Below, in pieces: positions 47,763 through 58,139 of a DNA stretch of 64,000 nt (position 1 is its first letter; each line of letters begins with the position of its first letter). Origin of the DNA: an uncultured Ruminococcus sp. (GTDB taxonomy: Bacteria; Bacillota; Clostridia; Oscillospirales; CAG-272). The stretch lies in contig CACYWW010000005.1 of the NCBI GenBank assembly GCA_902778145.1, positions 65,013 through 129,012 on the forward strand, in the 5' to 3' direction. The notes below the pieces were generated by a model that saw only the letters and a program-made list of their open reading frames with translations, searched no databases and had not been told where the DNA came from. Made by a program: the position numbers and the translations under genes.

Positions 47763-48095
47763 TACAGTATCCTGCATTTTTTGAAAAAATTCGTCGTACC
47801 GGGCATCGGAGCTCTCCGCCTACGCGCAGACTCTCCGCTTACGCGCAGAAAGGACAAAAGCTTTTTTTCAACGGGGCAAAAGCATGTATAATTTTTCAAT
47901 GTGTATTCGTGAAAGCATACATTTGTTTTTTTTTGCACAGTATTAACATTATGATCATATTTATTCAACAAATTCCGTGTTCGATCAATGTATAATAATT
48001 ACCGCGGGAGTCTCCGCAAGCCGGAATCGGATCCGATCCGATCGCTTCGATCCGGCGTTCGGATCAAAAATACAAACGATCAAGGATGTCAAAAA

Positions 48096-49211
48096 ATGAA
48101 AAGAACAGTCGTTTTACTGATCATCGCAGTTTTCATACTCACTTCATGCGTCACAAATGATCCACGGCACAGCGGATCCGATATTACGACGACGGCAAAT
48201 ATCACAACGTCCGAAGATCCGTCACTTCAGGGCGATCTCACGGACGGTAAAGCCGCCGGGACTTCGGAAAGCACGAACGCCGCAGACGATATAACGGACG
48301 ATCCGATCAGAAATCCTGATCAGATCGACGTCACCTCTCTTTCGGGATATAAAGCCTTCATCACCGGGTTTGAAGGTACACTCGGAACAAAGTTTCCGTT
48401 CAACCTGATATCCGAATTTGAATATCCGGTCGGTATAAAAAGCGAAAGAGTCGTACTCGACGGCGATGACATCGAAAAGGAAAAGACCATAGAATATAAC
48501 GGTAAGGTCATCGATCTGCGGTATCAGAATTCTTTTATCGGCGATAACGGTCATCAGTACCATTATTATACATATATAGATTACGATTACGTCAATCAGG
48601 TTTTCGGACACGAAAGATCCGCACCGTGTGAATGCAGCGTATGCTTTGATGAAAACCAAAACATCTGCTATTTTCAGGGATCAGCGATCGGGCGCGTCGA
48701 AGTCGATAATTTCGAAGACGGCGAGGCGCTCAAAAAAGCCGTGACGGATTATCTCGGCGACAGGCTCTGCTTTGATAAATTCAACGGATTCAAATGCTCT
48801 TATCCGATCGGGATCGGGCGCTGCGACCTCAGATGGTTTTATGAACCGACCGAGGGGATAGCGTTCAACGACAACTGGATCCAGGTATCCGTATTCGATA
48901 CCGGATATATAGGCTACTACACATATAGATATGAAGAAGAAAATGATCATTCAGGAATTGATTATCCGTTTACGTATGAAGAGACCGTGGCAATAGCACA
49001 GAACAGGATATTCAAAGCGGTGGAAGAAGCGGGATGGTCCGTCAGAGGATGGTACACAGGCCATATGGTCAATACGGTCCTCGCGTTTATGCACGAGGGA
49101 AAGCCGGCTGTATACGTCGGGCTTTCGCTCAAACTCACGGATCCGGACGGCGCTGCGCTGCCATACGCGGTAGGTATCGGCGCGGTCGTGATGCCGGATG
49201 ACGGCAAATAA
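48096..49211 (+). CDS. putative lipoprotein, function unknown
   Basis: MKRTVVLLIIAVFILTSC lipobox, followed by a T/S/D-rich linker. Start moved to ATG 48096. Confidence 0.6.
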   Translation: MKRTVVLLIIAVFILTSCVTNDPRHSGSDITTTANITTSEDPSLQGDLTDGKAAGTSESTNAADDITDDPIRNPDQIDVTSLSGYKAFITGFEGTLGTKFPFNLISEFEYPVGIKSERVVLDGDDIEKEKTIEYNGKVIDLRYQNSFIGDNGHQYHYYTYIDYDYVNQVFGHERSAPCECSVCFDENQNICYFQGSAIGRVEVDNFEDGEALKKAVTDYLGDRLCFDKFNGFKCSYPIGIGRCDLRWFYEPTEGIAFNDNWIQVSVFDTGYIGYYTYRYEEENDHSGIDYPFTYEETVAIAQNRIFKAVEEAGWSVRGWYTGHMVNTVLAFMHEGKPAVYVGLSLKLTDPDGAALPYAVGIGAVVMPDDGK

Positions 49212-49247
49212 AAGCAAAACAGAGCGGCAAAAACCGCTCTTGTTTTA
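49212..49247. terminator. bidirectional intrinsic terminator
   Basis: agagcgg-caaaaa-ccgctct, flanked by A-rich and T-rich tracts between convergent genes. Confidence 0.7.
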
Positions 49248-49252
49248 TGCCG

Positions 49253-49954
49253 TCACGCTTTCGCCGCTTCGATGAACGACGCGAACAGCGCGTCGGATAC
49301 GGGGTCCGACGAGTGCGTGAATTCGGGATGCCACTGTACAAGGAGTATGAAGCGGTCGTCAACGCTTTCAAGCGCCTCGATCATGCCGTCCGCCGCGAGC
49401 GCGGCGACGCGCAGTCCCGGCGCCGGATCCTTCACTCCCTGATGATGGAACGAATTCGTCATAAAACGCTCGCCCGAGACCGAGCGCAGGAACGTGCCTT
49501 CAAGCGTGCGCACCTCGTGCGTCGGCTCGGTCGCCGGCGCCGACTGCCTGTGACAGACGTCCGACGGGCGCTGGGACGGTATATCCTGGTACAGCGTTCC
49601 GCCCATGCCGACGTTCACGCTCTGTATCCCGCGGCAGATGCCCATGATCGGCTTGTTCGTTTTCAGAACGATCCCGAGTCCGGTCATCTCGAGCGCGTCG
49701 CGCACGGGGTCGACCTCCACGGTGTCGTTCAGTTTCTCCTCTCCGTAAAGCGACGGGTCGAGATCGACGCCGCCGGAAAACAGAAATCCGTCCGCCTTCT
49801 CGCACATCGCCTCAAGCGTTTCCGCGTCCGTGTTCATAGGTATCAGGAGCGGGATCCCGCCGTGGCAGCGCACGGCGTCCGTATATCTGACGCTCATCGC
49901 CGTCAGATCGTCTTTTCTTGTAGGGAATATAAGTATAACGGGTCTTTTCATCAT
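49253..49954 (-). CDS. class I glutamine amidotransferase, peptidase C26 / gamma-glutamyl-GABA hydrolase-like
   Basis: 'GICRGIQ' nucleophile Cys and 'VQWHPE' His/Glu. Start at ATG 49954 (MMKRPVILIF). Confidence 0.8.
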   Translation of the reverse strand: MMKRPVILIFPTRKDDLTAMSVRYTDAVRCHGGIPLLIPMNTDAETLEAMCEKADGFLFSGGVDLDPSLYGEEKLNDTVEVDPVRDALEMTGLGIVLKTNKPIMGICRGIQSVNVGMGGTLYQDIPSQRPSDVCHRQSAPATEPTHEVRTLEGTFLRSVSGERFMTNSFHHQGVKDPAPGLRVAALAADGMIEALESVDDRFILLVQWHPEFTHSSDPVSDALFASFIEAAKA

Positions 49955-50102
49955 GTTCTCCCGGTTTTTTTGATATATTCTATCACCTGCCGCGGTAAAT
50001 TTCAAGTCTTTACACGCAAATTATGATAAATGTTACACCGCCGTAATATACCCTTGCTTTTTATGCGTTACAATGGTATCGGAAAGAATGTGAGGCCGTT
50101 TG

Positions 50103-51383
50103 ATGTTTGAGTTGCCTTTTGAAATAGATCAGGTCCTCGAAAAGCTCTGTCATTCGGGATACGAAGCGTATCTCGTCGGCGGCGCCGTGCGCGACATGCT
50201 CATGGATAAGCCGGCGCACGATTACGACGTTACGACGTCGGCAACGCCCGAGGAGACGGAGCGCGTATTCGAGGGATACAAAGTGATAAAAACGGGGATC
50301 CGCCACGGCACCGTGACGGTGCTTGTCGGAAACTACCCCGTAGAGATAACGACGTTTCGCCGCGAGGGATCGTATACCGACGGCAGGCATCCGGACGCCG
50401 TGTTTTTCTCACGCAGACTTGAAGACGATCTGAGCCGCAGGGATCTCACCGTGAACGCGGTGGCGTATTCGCCCGTAAAAGGACTTTCGGATCCGTTCGG
50501 CGGAGTCGACGATATAAAAAACAGGATCATAAGATGCGTGGGCAACCCGGACGAGAGGTTTTCTGAGGATCATCTCCGTCTTCTGCGTGCGCTGCGCTTC
50601 TCCGCCGTGCTCGGTTTCGCGATCGAGCGCGGCACCGCGGAGTCGATACATAAAAACGCGGAGCTTATCAGAACGGTCTCCGCCGAGCGCGTCTTCTCCG
50701 AGCTTTGCCGCCTCGTATGCGGCGACGGCGCGAGGATGATACTCGAAGAATACCGCGACGTGATAACCGCGGTGATACCGGAGCTTTCCGCGCTCGACGG
50801 CGACGCGTACGCTCATACCGTCGGCAGTCTGTCGTACACGGAGCCGTTCCTGCATCTCAGGCTCGCCGCGCTTCTGCACGACACGGTCGCCGCACCCTCC
50901 GGGCGTGACGACGTCTGCGTGATACGCGACACGGCGGCGAAAAACGCGCTCGTATGTCTGCGCTGCCCCACAGCGCTGTGCGACAACGTCTGCCGCATCA
51001 TCCGTTACTGCGGCTCAGACGTCGACCCGTCAGACAAGATCAGCCTCAAGCGGCTGGCCTCGAAGACCGGCATAAAGATCCTGAAGGACGTCATAAAGCT
51101 CAAGCGTGCGGACGTCCTCGCCGGAGATCCGCGGCTGTATCACAGGCTGACCGATCTGAACACGGCGTACGACACGCTCTGCGAGACAGAGGAGAACGGC
51201 ACCGCGCTCGACGTGCGCGACCTGGCGATCAACGGCAACGACGTGAAGGGGCTCGGGGTCCGTCCCGGTCCCGCTGTCGGCGAGCTTCTGAGATACGCGC
51301 TCGACGGCGTGATATCGGATCGCGTGGAGAACGAAAAGGCGCCTCTTTTGGCCTATGTGGCTGAAAAAATCAGCGGAGTTTGA
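50103..51383 (+). CDS. cca: CCA tRNA nucleotidyltransferase
   Basis: 'GYEAYLVGGAVRD..........DYDV' head-domain motif and 'RD.T.NA'. Confidence 0.9.
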   Translation: MFELPFEIDQVLEKLCHSGYEAYLVGGAVRDMLMDKPAHDYDVTTSATPEETERVFEGYKVIKTGIRHGTVTVLVGNYPVEITTFRREGSYTDGRHPDAVFFSRRLEDDLSRRDLTVNAVAYSPVKGLSDPFGGVDDIKNRIIRCVGNPDERFSEDHLRLLRALRFSAVLGFAIERGTAESIHKNAELIRTVSAERVFSELCRLVCGDGARMILEEYRDVITAVIPELSALDGDAYAHTVGSLSYTEPFLHLRLAALLHDTVAAPSGRDDVCVIRDTAAKNALVCLRCPTALCDNVCRIIRYCGSDVDPSDKISLKRLASKTGIKILKDVIKLKRADVLAGDPRLYHRLTDLNTAYDTLCETEENGTALDVRDLAINGNDVKGLGVRPGPAVGELLRYALDGVISDRVENEKAPLLAYVAEKISGV

Positions 51384-51532
51384 GGCTTTTAAAAAATTTC
51401 AGATTTTTTTTGATTTTGTATTGCTTTTTTCAAACGTTTGTGATATAATAACTCTGCTTATCCGGTTGCGGGGCTTTTTTAAGTCCGCTTTCGGCTTGAT
51501 ATTTTACGAAGATATTACCTTGGAGGAGAATA

Positions 51533-51952
51533 ATGGAGATCTTAAATATCATACTTGCAATACTTCTTATCGTTCTTGCGATAGCGCTTATCGTTTTCGT
51601 CCTTTTCCAGACCGGCGGAAGATCCAATAAGCTTTCTCAGGCTATTTCCGGCGGAAGCCCCGAAAACTACACGGGAAAGAACAAGCAGCGTTCCAAGGAC
51701 AAAAAACTCGCCAAGATCACTACGGTCATCGCGATCGCGTTTGCCATCGTAGTCATCGTTTTCTGGCTGCTCATGACGTATCAGAGCAAGCATCCGAAGA
51801 CGAGCACCGACACGACTCCCGAAACGACCGCGGCGGAAGTGACCGACACCGATACCGACTCTGCCACAGCCGCAGACGTCACGACGGAAGCCGATGCCAC
51901 AACGGAGGCTGACGCAACGACCGCAGCGGACGTTACGGCCGAGGCTGAATAA
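51533..51952 (+). CDS. secG: preprotein translocase subunit SecG with T/A/D/E-rich C-terminal extension
   Basis: Two TM helices flank 'LFQTGGRSNKLSQAISGG'. The tail is 'TTEADATTEADATTAADVTAEAE'. Confidence 0.85.
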   Translation: MEILNIILAILLIVLAIALIVFVLFQTGGRSNKLSQAISGGSPENYTGKNKQRSKDKKLAKITTVIAIAFAIVVIVFWLLMTYQSKHPKTSTDTTPETTAAEVTDTDTDSATAADVTTEADATTEADATTAADVTAEAE

Positions 51953-51969
51953 AAGAAAACATACAAGAC

Positions 51970-51990
51970 CGGCGCCGAGGCGCCGTTTTT
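51970..51990 (+). terminator. intrinsic terminator after secG
   Basis: cggcgcc-ga-ggcgccg followed by TTTTT. Confidence 0.75.
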
Positions 51991-52008
51991 GTATATACGG
52001 GATAAAAT

Positions 52009-54024
52009 ATGAAAAAAAACCGCAATAAAAGAATACTGAAAAAATTCGATTCAAAGAACAGAGAAAAGAAAAAACGCGGCGGGAAGGTCTACACGGGCGT
52101 CTTCTCCGCTTCGCGTGACGGGTACGGATTCATAACCGCGGATCCGGATCAGGGTGATTTCACGGCGGACGTTTTCGTTCCTGCGAGATTCGTGAAGGAC
52201 GCCGTCTCGGGCGACCGCGTCAGGTTCACGACCGAGACGCACGACGGAAAGCTTGAAGCGCACGTCACCTCTGTCGCCGCACGCTCCACCGTCACGTTCA
52301 CCGGGACGTACAGATATATAAGCCGCCGTGAGGGCAACAGGCTGACGGTGAAGCACCTCGTCATCCCGGACGACAAAAAGCTCAGCTTCGACACGCTGAT
52401 CTCACCGAAGCATCTCTCGGGCGCAGTCGACGGCGACAAGGTGTTGTGCGAGATAGTGACTTATCCCGACACGACGAATCAGAAGCCGGCGTACGGGAAC
52501 ATAATCCGTACGTACGGCAGCGCGGAGGAGCTTTATCCGAACGTTTTCGCCGCGCTTGACGGCGCCGGGATCAGGACCCGGTTTCCCGACGAGGTCACGG
52601 CGGAGGCGGAGACGCTTTCGAAGCGGCGCGTACTGAAGCGCGACAGGCTCGATCTGCGTGAGGAAAAGATCTTCACGATAGACGGCGCGGGATCAAAGGA
52701 TATGGACGACGCGATCTCCGTAAAGCGCAAGGGTGACGGATTCGAGCTCGGCGTCCACATCGCGGACGTTTCCGAATACGTGAAGCACGGCTCTCTGCTC
52801 GACGATGAGGCGTTTCTGCGCGGCACGAGCGTTTATTTCGCCGACCGCGTGATACCGATGCTCCCGCAGTCGCTTTCAAACGGCGCCTGTTCTCTCAATC
52901 CCGGCGTCGGCAGATACACGCTGTCCGCGTTCATCGACGTTGACCGCAGCGGCGAGATCACCGGGTGCACCGTACGTGAAACCGTGATCAGATCGCGCGT
53001 AAGGGGCGTTTACTCCGAGGTGAACGACGTGATCGAAAACGGCGAAAAGAGCCGGTTTTACAAAAAATACAAGCCCGTGTTCGAAAACGGCGGGCTTGAG
53101 GATCTTATATCGCTTTACGAAGTGCTCGATTCAAAATCGAGACGCCGTCACGCGCTGCAGCTCGATTCCGCGGAGACCGGCTTCACAGTCGCGCCGGACG
53201 GGACGGTGACGGACGCTTTCATTGAGGAGCGCGGCGTGAGCGAGCGTATGATCGAGCAGTTCATGCTCGCCGCGAACGAGGGCGTTGCGACGCTTCTGAA
53301 GGGGCGCGGGCTGCCGTGCGTTTACCGCATACACGAGGCGCCGGATCCCGAGAAGATAAAGTCGCTCAGATCGTTTGCCGAATCGATCGGCGTTGACGCG
53401 TCGGCGCTCGACCGCGATGAGATCACGCTTCAGGCGACCGAGAAATTTCTCGAAGCGGCAAGAGACGCGGGCAAGGGCGAGGTTATGTCGTATATGGTCC
53501 TCAGATGTATGATGAAGGCGAGATACGAAAGCACACAGTCGCCGCATTACGGGCTCGGCGCCGAATGCTACTGCCACTTCACCTCACCGATCAGGCGTTA
53601 TCCCGACCTTGTTGTCCACAGGATCATAAAGACCCTGCTCCTGCACGGTGAGAACGACCGCGAGCGCGCGCTCAGGTCGTATACGCAGAAGGCGGCGGAA
53701 CGGTCCACCGAATGCGAGGATACGGCGACGAAGCTCGAGCGCGACATGGACAGCCTTTATATGGCGGCTTATATGAAGGACAAGATAGGATCTGTACACG
53801 ACGCCGTGATAACCGGCGTCACGCAGTACGGCTTCTTCGCGCGTATCGGCTGCGGCGCGGAAGGCTTTGTCCGGCTCGGCGCTGTCAACGTCGAGTTCAT
53901 CCCGTCGATATACGCTCTCATAACGCCGAAAAAAACGTACCGCATGGGCGACCCCGTCACCGTCCGCGTGACCGACGTCAGTCTTCCCGACAGACGGATC
54001 GATTTCGAACTTGTCAGGGATTGA
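52009..54024 (+). CDS. rnr: ribonuclease R
   Basis: Cold-shock-like N-domains, RNB core ('DGAGSKDMDDA', 'HYGL....YCHFTSPIRRYPDL') and a C-terminal S1 domain. Confidence 0.93.
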   Translation: MKKNRNKRILKKFDSKNREKKKRGGKVYTGVFSASRDGYGFITADPDQGDFTADVFVPARFVKDAVSGDRVRFTTETHDGKLEAHVTSVAARSTVTFTGTYRYISRREGNRLTVKHLVIPDDKKLSFDTLISPKHLSGAVDGDKVLCEIVTYPDTTNQKPAYGNIIRTYGSAEELYPNVFAALDGAGIRTRFPDEVTAEAETLSKRRVLKRDRLDLREEKIFTIDGAGSKDMDDAISVKRKGDGFELGVHIADVSEYVKHGSLLDDEAFLRGTSVYFADRVIPMLPQSLSNGACSLNPGVGRYTLSAFIDVDRSGEITGCTVRETVIRSRVRGVYSEVNDVIENGEKSRFYKKYKPVFENGGLEDLISLYEVLDSKSRRRHALQLDSAETGFTVAPDGTVTDAFIEERGVSERMIEQFMLAANEGVATLLKGRGLPCVYRIHEAPDPEKIKSLRSFAESIGVDASALDRDEITLQATEKFLEAARDAGKGEVMSYMVLRCMMKARYESTQSPHYGLGAECYCHFTSPIRRYPDLVVHRIIKTLLLHGENDRERALRSYTQKAAERSTECEDTATKLERDMDSLYMAAYMKDKIGSVHDAVITGVTQYGFFARIGCGAEGFVRLGAVNVEFIPSIYALITPKKTYRMGDPVTVRVTDVSLPDRRIDFELVRD

Positions 54025-54044
54025 CGATGTTTATTCAACTGAAA

Positions 54045-54090
54045 AAAACGGTCGGAGAAGGAATACGATCCTTGCTTCGACCGGTTTTTC
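54045..54090. terminator. bidirectional terminator between rnr and yigZ
   Basis: aaaacggtcg...cgaccggtttt long hairpin. Confidence 0.6.
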
Positions 54091-54122
54091 TTGCTTTTAA
54101 GGCGTTTTTCGGTTATGCTGTT

Positions 54123-54752
54123 TTACGCGTGCATTTCGGTGCCGGCGCGGATGATATCCGCTTTACCGGCGGTGAGCTCGGTGAGGCGGGCGATCAGGTG
54201 ATCCGTTTTTTCCTCCGGTACGAGGAGGCGGAAGGTGACGCTTTCCGAGTAGTCGACGTCATATTCGGGCAAGCCGTGCTTCGACAGCTCGTATCTGACG
54301 CGCTCCGCGTCGGAAAACGACACGTTCACGTTTATCCGGCTGTACGGTCTTACAGTAACGACGCCCGCCGCCTCAACGCCGTCCGCCGCCGCCTTCGTAT
54401 ATGCGCGTAAAAGTCCCGCGGCGCCGAGCAGGACGCCGCCGAAGTACCGCGTCACAACAACGGCGACGCCGTAAAGCTCCTGCTTTTGCAGGACTCCGAG
54501 CACCGGCAGGCCTGCCGTGCCCTTCGGTTCCCCGTCGTCGCTGTAGCGCGTCATGCCGTCGAGCGTAAGATACGCGTAGACGTTATGCCTCGCGTCGGGG
54601 TATTTTTTCTTTACCGCCGCGACGAACTCACGCGCCCGGTCATCGTCGTCCACAGGCGACACCGTCGCTATGAAGCGCGATCTTTTTTCAACGTACTCCG
54701 CCGCGGCGCCGTGCGCGACGGTCTTATACGGTTTATTATCCATTTCAGGCAC
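54123..54752 (-). CDS. yigZ: YigZ/IMPACT-family protein
   Basis: 'KRSRFIA', 'ARHNVYAY', 'DDGEPKGTAG.P' and 'VVTRYFGGVLLG' motifs. Confidence 0.88.
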   Translation of the reverse strand: MPEMDNKPYKTVAHGAAAEYVEKRSRFIATVSPVDDDDRAREFVAAVKKKYPDARHNVYAYLTLDGMTRYSDDGEPKGTAGLPVLGVLQKQELYGVAVVVTRYFGGVLLGAAGLLRAYTKAAADGVEAAGVVTVRPYSRINVNVSFSDAERVRYELSKHGLPEYDVDYSESVTFRLLVPEEKTDHLIARLTELTAGKADIIRAGTEMHA

Positions 54753-56016
54753 CGAGCATCTTCCTCACGGCGCCGAGCGTCTTCTTATCGAGTGTGGCGC
54801 TGACGGTCGTGTCCGCGTCCCCGTATTCGACCGAAAGGACGGTTGCATTCGCGTACAGATAGCTGAGTACGGCGCCCTTTGTCTGCGGGATCTTCAGTGT
54901 TTCGGTCGTTTTGCCGTCGTTTGCGGTGCGGTCGAGCAGCGCGGCGAGCCCTTCCATCCCCTGCCCCGTGAGCGCGGATATGCAGACTCCCTCTCTGTTC
55001 CTCATCCCCGCTGGCATGGTGAAGCCGTCTTCGCGCGCGTCACATTTGTTGAACGCGTAGATCACGGGCTTGTCAGAGGCGCCGAGCTCGTTTATCAGCT
55101 GCTCCGTGACGGCGAGCTGCGCCGCATATTCGGGATCCGAAATATCGGCGACGACGAGTATCGCGTCGCAGTATATCACCTCTTCGAGTGTGGATCTGAA
55201 CGCTTTGATCAGCTGCGTCGGCAGATTTCTGATAAATCCGACGGTATCCGTGAGGAGCACCTCGGTACCGGACGGGAGCTCGAATTTGCGTGTAGTCGGG
55301 TCGAGGGTGGCGAAAAGCTTGTCCTCCGCGAGTATCCCGGCGCCGGTCAGATAATTCAGAAGCGTTGATTTCCCCGCGTTTGTATATCCCGCCACGGCTA
55401 TGCGGAAAATTCCGCTTTTATCACGTTTCTCACGTTGGGTCTTTCGGTTTTTCTCCATCTCGAGGATCTGCTCCTCAAGCGCGGCGATACGGCGTCTGAC
55501 ATGGCGGCGGTCGCTTTCGAGCTTTGATTCACCCGGGCCTCTCGTACCGATGCCGCCGCCGAGACGCGACATCTCCGTGCCGTGTCCGGAGAGCCTCGGT
55601 ATCGTGTATTTGAGCTGTGCGAGCTCGACCTGAAGTTTTCCCTCGCCTGTTCTTGCGTGCAGGGCGAATATGTCGAGTATCAGCATCGGACGGTCGATGA
55701 CGGTAACGTCGCCGATCGCGTCCTCCGCGTTTTTGATCTGCGCCGGAGACAGCTCGCCGTCGAAAATGACGAGCCCGGCTCCTGTGCTCTCACAGATATC
55801 TCTTATCTCGGCGAGCTTGCCCGAGCCTATATACGTCCTCGGATCAGGGGACTCCCTCAGCTGCACGACCTCCGCGCAAAGCTCTCCGCCCGCCGTTTCA
55901 AGCAGTCTTCCGAGTTCCTCAAGGCTCGCCTCGCACTCATGCTCGTCATCCTTTGAGGTACGGACCGAAACGAGCACCGCTTTTGTTATTTTCTCTTTTT
56001 CAAAAAGTTTTTCCAT
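54745..56016 (-). CDS. hflX: GTPase HflX
   Basis: HflX N-domain 'DRPMLILDIFALHA', 'GGIGTRGPGE', G1 'GYTNAGKST' and G3 'DTVGF'. It overlaps yigZ by 8 nt. Confidence 0.93.
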   Translation of the reverse strand: MEKLFEKEKITKAVLVSVRTSKDDEHECEASLEELGRLLETAGGELCAEVVQLRESPDPRTYIGSGKLAEIRDICESTGAGLVIFDGELSPAQIKNAEDAIGDVTVIDRPMLILDIFALHARTGEGKLQVELAQLKYTIPRLSGHGTEMSRLGGGIGTRGPGESKLESDRRHVRRRIAALEEQILEMEKNRKTQREKRDKSGIFRIAVAGYTNAGKSTLLNYLTGAGILAEDKLFATLDPTTRKFELPSGTEVLLTDTVGFIRNLPTQLIKAFRSTLEEVIYCDAILVVADISDPEYAAQLAVTEQLINELGASDKPVIYAFNKCDAREDGFTMPAGMRNREGVCISALTGQGMEGLAALLDRTANDGKTTETLKIPQTKGAVLSYLYANATVLSVEYGDADTTVSATLDKKTLGAVRKMLGA

Positions 56017-56086
56017 ACAGTCTCCCGAAGATAAAACAAAAAGGACAAAACGATACCCGATCGTCCTGTCCCGTTTGCCTCTGTGC

Positions 56087-56293
56087 TTATTTGACTTTTG
56101 CGTTCAGACGGTTCTTGAACTTATCAACGCGTCCGCCGCTGTCAACAAACTTCTGCTTGCCCGTGAAAAACGGGTGGCACTTGGAGCAGATCTCAACACG
56201 CAGATTGCCCTTGGTCGATCTGGTCTTGACAACTTCTCCGCAAGCACAGGTGATCGTGCATTCCTGATAGTTAGGATGGATTCCTTCCTTCAT
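56087..56293 (-). CDS. rpmE: 50S ribosomal protein L31 (Zn-ribbon type)
   Basis: MKEGIHPNY...C.CG...CSKCHPF.TG. Confidence 0.95.
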   Translation of the reverse strand: MKEGIHPNYQECTITCACGEVVKTRSTKGNLRVEICSKCHPFFTGKQKFVDSGGRVDKFKNRLNAKVK

Positions 56294-56406
56294 TTTTATG
56301 ACCGTTCCTTTCTTTCGGTACCCGTATCCCGTGGTCGGGGCATTCAGACTGCCTTATACACGAAACTTCCGGTATACCTCTGAACTGATTTAAAATCGTA
56401 CAGTAA

Positions 56407-56435
56407 AGTATATCACAAAACTTCCGTTTTTGCAA
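56407..56435 (-). promoter_or_regulatory. rpmE promoter
   Basis: Minus strand: TTGCAA, 17 nt, TATACT with TGa extended -10. About 110 nt of leader follow. Confidence 0.5.
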
Positions 56436-56474
56436 GGCATTTTCGGAGATTTTTTTAAATTATTTGTAAACAAC

Positions 56475-57188
56475 TCAAAGACTGTTCTCTATCCGCTCCT
56501 TCAAGCGCTCGATTATCTTCTTTTCGAGGCGTGAAATATACGACTGTGAGATCCCGAGCATATCCGCGACTTCCTTCTGCGTCAGCTCCTGTCCGCCGCG
56601 CAGTCCGAAGCGAAGCTCTATTATCTGCCTCTCCCTCTCCGGCAGCTCGCCCACAAGACGCTTGACCATCGTCCTCTCCTCGTTTTCCTCTATGTCCTTT
56701 GAAACGCTGTCCGGATCTGACCCGAGCACGTCCCCGACGAGCAGCTCGTTCCCGTCCCAGTCGACGTTTATCGGCTCATCGAGCGAGACCTCGGCTTTCA
56801 GATATGTGTTTTTCCTTATATACATGAGTATCTCGTTCTCGATACAGCGCGAGCAGTACGTTGCAAGCTTTATGTTTTTTTCGCCGTCATACGTGTTCAC
56901 ACCCTTGATCAGGCCGATGGTACCGATAGAGATGAGGTCCTCGAGTCCGACGCCCGTGTTTTCAAATCTTTTCGCGATATATACGACGAGCCTGAGATTA
57001 TGCTCGATCAAAAGCTTTCGCTTTTCCGGGTCGCCGTGCATCAGTCTTATCGCCTCCGCCTCCTCATCCGCCGGAAGCGGCGGCGGCAGCGTCTGCGGGC
57101 CGTTTATGTAAAAGATGAGCTTATCGGCGTCAAGCTCCGCGATCTTATCTGCGCGGAAGAGCTTTTTAATGAAAATCAGAAGCTTCAT
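56475..57188 (-). CDS. sigE: sporulation sigma factor SigE (pro-sigma-E)
   Basis: Near-colinear with Bacillus SigE: 'LPPPL', '[16 protein letters not shown]', '[10 protein letters not shown]', '[14 protein letters not shown]' and '[12 protein letters not shown]'. It has an N-terminal pro-sequence and sits directly after spoIIGA. Confidence 0.92.
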   Translation of the reverse strand: MKLLIFIKKLFRADKIAELDADKLIFYINGPQTLPPPLPADEEAEAIRLMHGDPEKRKLLIEHNLRLVVYIAKRFENTGVGLEDLISIGTIGLIKGVNTYDGEKNIKLATYCSRCIENEILMYIRKNTYLKAEVSLDEPINVDWDGNELLVGDVLGSDPDSVSKDIEENEERTMVKRLVGELPERERQIIELRFGLRGGQELTQKEVADMLGISQSYISRLEKKIIERLKERIENSL

Positions 57189-57204
57189 ATGTATCCTTTC
57201 CTGA

Positions 57205-58047
57205 TCAGCAAAGCGACGACGGGACTATGCCGTCATAATTTCCGTAATCCGTATTCTCCGTGACGGCGATGACCGCCGTGCGGCTGACTCCGTCGATCTC
57301 AACGCGAAGCGGCAGAAACCCGGGCAGCACAGAGCTGCCGTTCACACCGCCGCACGGTATCAGGCGCATACCGTCCGCCGCCTTTGAAAGATCCGCACAG
57401 GCGAGCGCGGAATAAAGCTCCGGGTCAAGACAGTCTCTCACCGCGGAAAGCTCCGCGAATATCACGGGCGAGCCCGAGAGCGGTTCCCGCGCGAGCGCGC
57501 CGCTGTCGGACAGGCATGTGAGCGTCACGGCGCCGGCCGCGCCCGTGATCTTCACCTTCACCTCGTGTTTTCCGCTCTGACGTCCGAAGATCCTGCCGGT
57601 GACGTAAGCGAGCGCCATGCTTACCGCGCCGAGTATCAGAAATGTGCCGAGCGGTATATCAGACATGAGCGGATACGCGTACGAGTCCGACGCTATACCG
57701 TGCCCGAGCTTCGACAAAAGCAGATACGAGGCGACGATACCGCCTCCCAGAAGGACGGAAAGCCCATAGAAAAGCGCCGTACACTTGAGCAGGATTAGCC
57801 TGCCGGCGCGCGGGAACGCCAGAAAGCACAAAAGATAAGCCGCCGCGGCGTTACAGACGAGCGTCAGCACGGTATTGCCGATAAACAGCGCCGCCACGCC
57901 GTACGCTCCGCCGAGCGCCGCCGATATCAGAAGACGCTTTGCCGACGCTCTCAGATGCATAATTTTCGACGTACTGAAAAGCAGCAGGAAATCCATTGAA
58001 AAGTTTATGAGAAACAGCACGTCGCCGTATACAGTCACACCGTTCAT
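57205..58047 (-). CDS. spoIIGA: sigma-E processing peptidase SpoIIGA
   Basis: Polytopic N-half beginning '[18 protein letters not shown]', and a C-terminal 'LSDSGA' aspartic-protease-like motif. Start at ATG 58047. Confidence 0.85.
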   Translation of the reverse strand: MNGVTVYGDVLFLINFSMDFLLLFSTSKIMHLRASAKRLLISAALGGAYGVAALFIGNTVLTLVCNAAAAYLLCFLAFPRAGRLILLKCTALFYGLSVLLGGGIVASYLLLSKLGHGIASDSYAYPLMSDIPLGTFLILGAVSMALAYVTGRIFGRQSGKHEVKVKITGAAGAVTLTCLSDSGALAREPLSGSPVIFAELSAVRDCLDPELYSALACADLSKAADGMRLIPCGGVNGSSVLPGFLPLRVEIDGVSRTAVIAVTENTDYGNYDGIVPSSLC

Positions 58048-58139
58048 CCCCTCACCCCGGTATATGATATCACGGACAGTCTGCATAAAAGCGCGAAAAA
58101 AAGACCCGGCTGAGCCGGATCTGTGTATGCCGCATGAGT

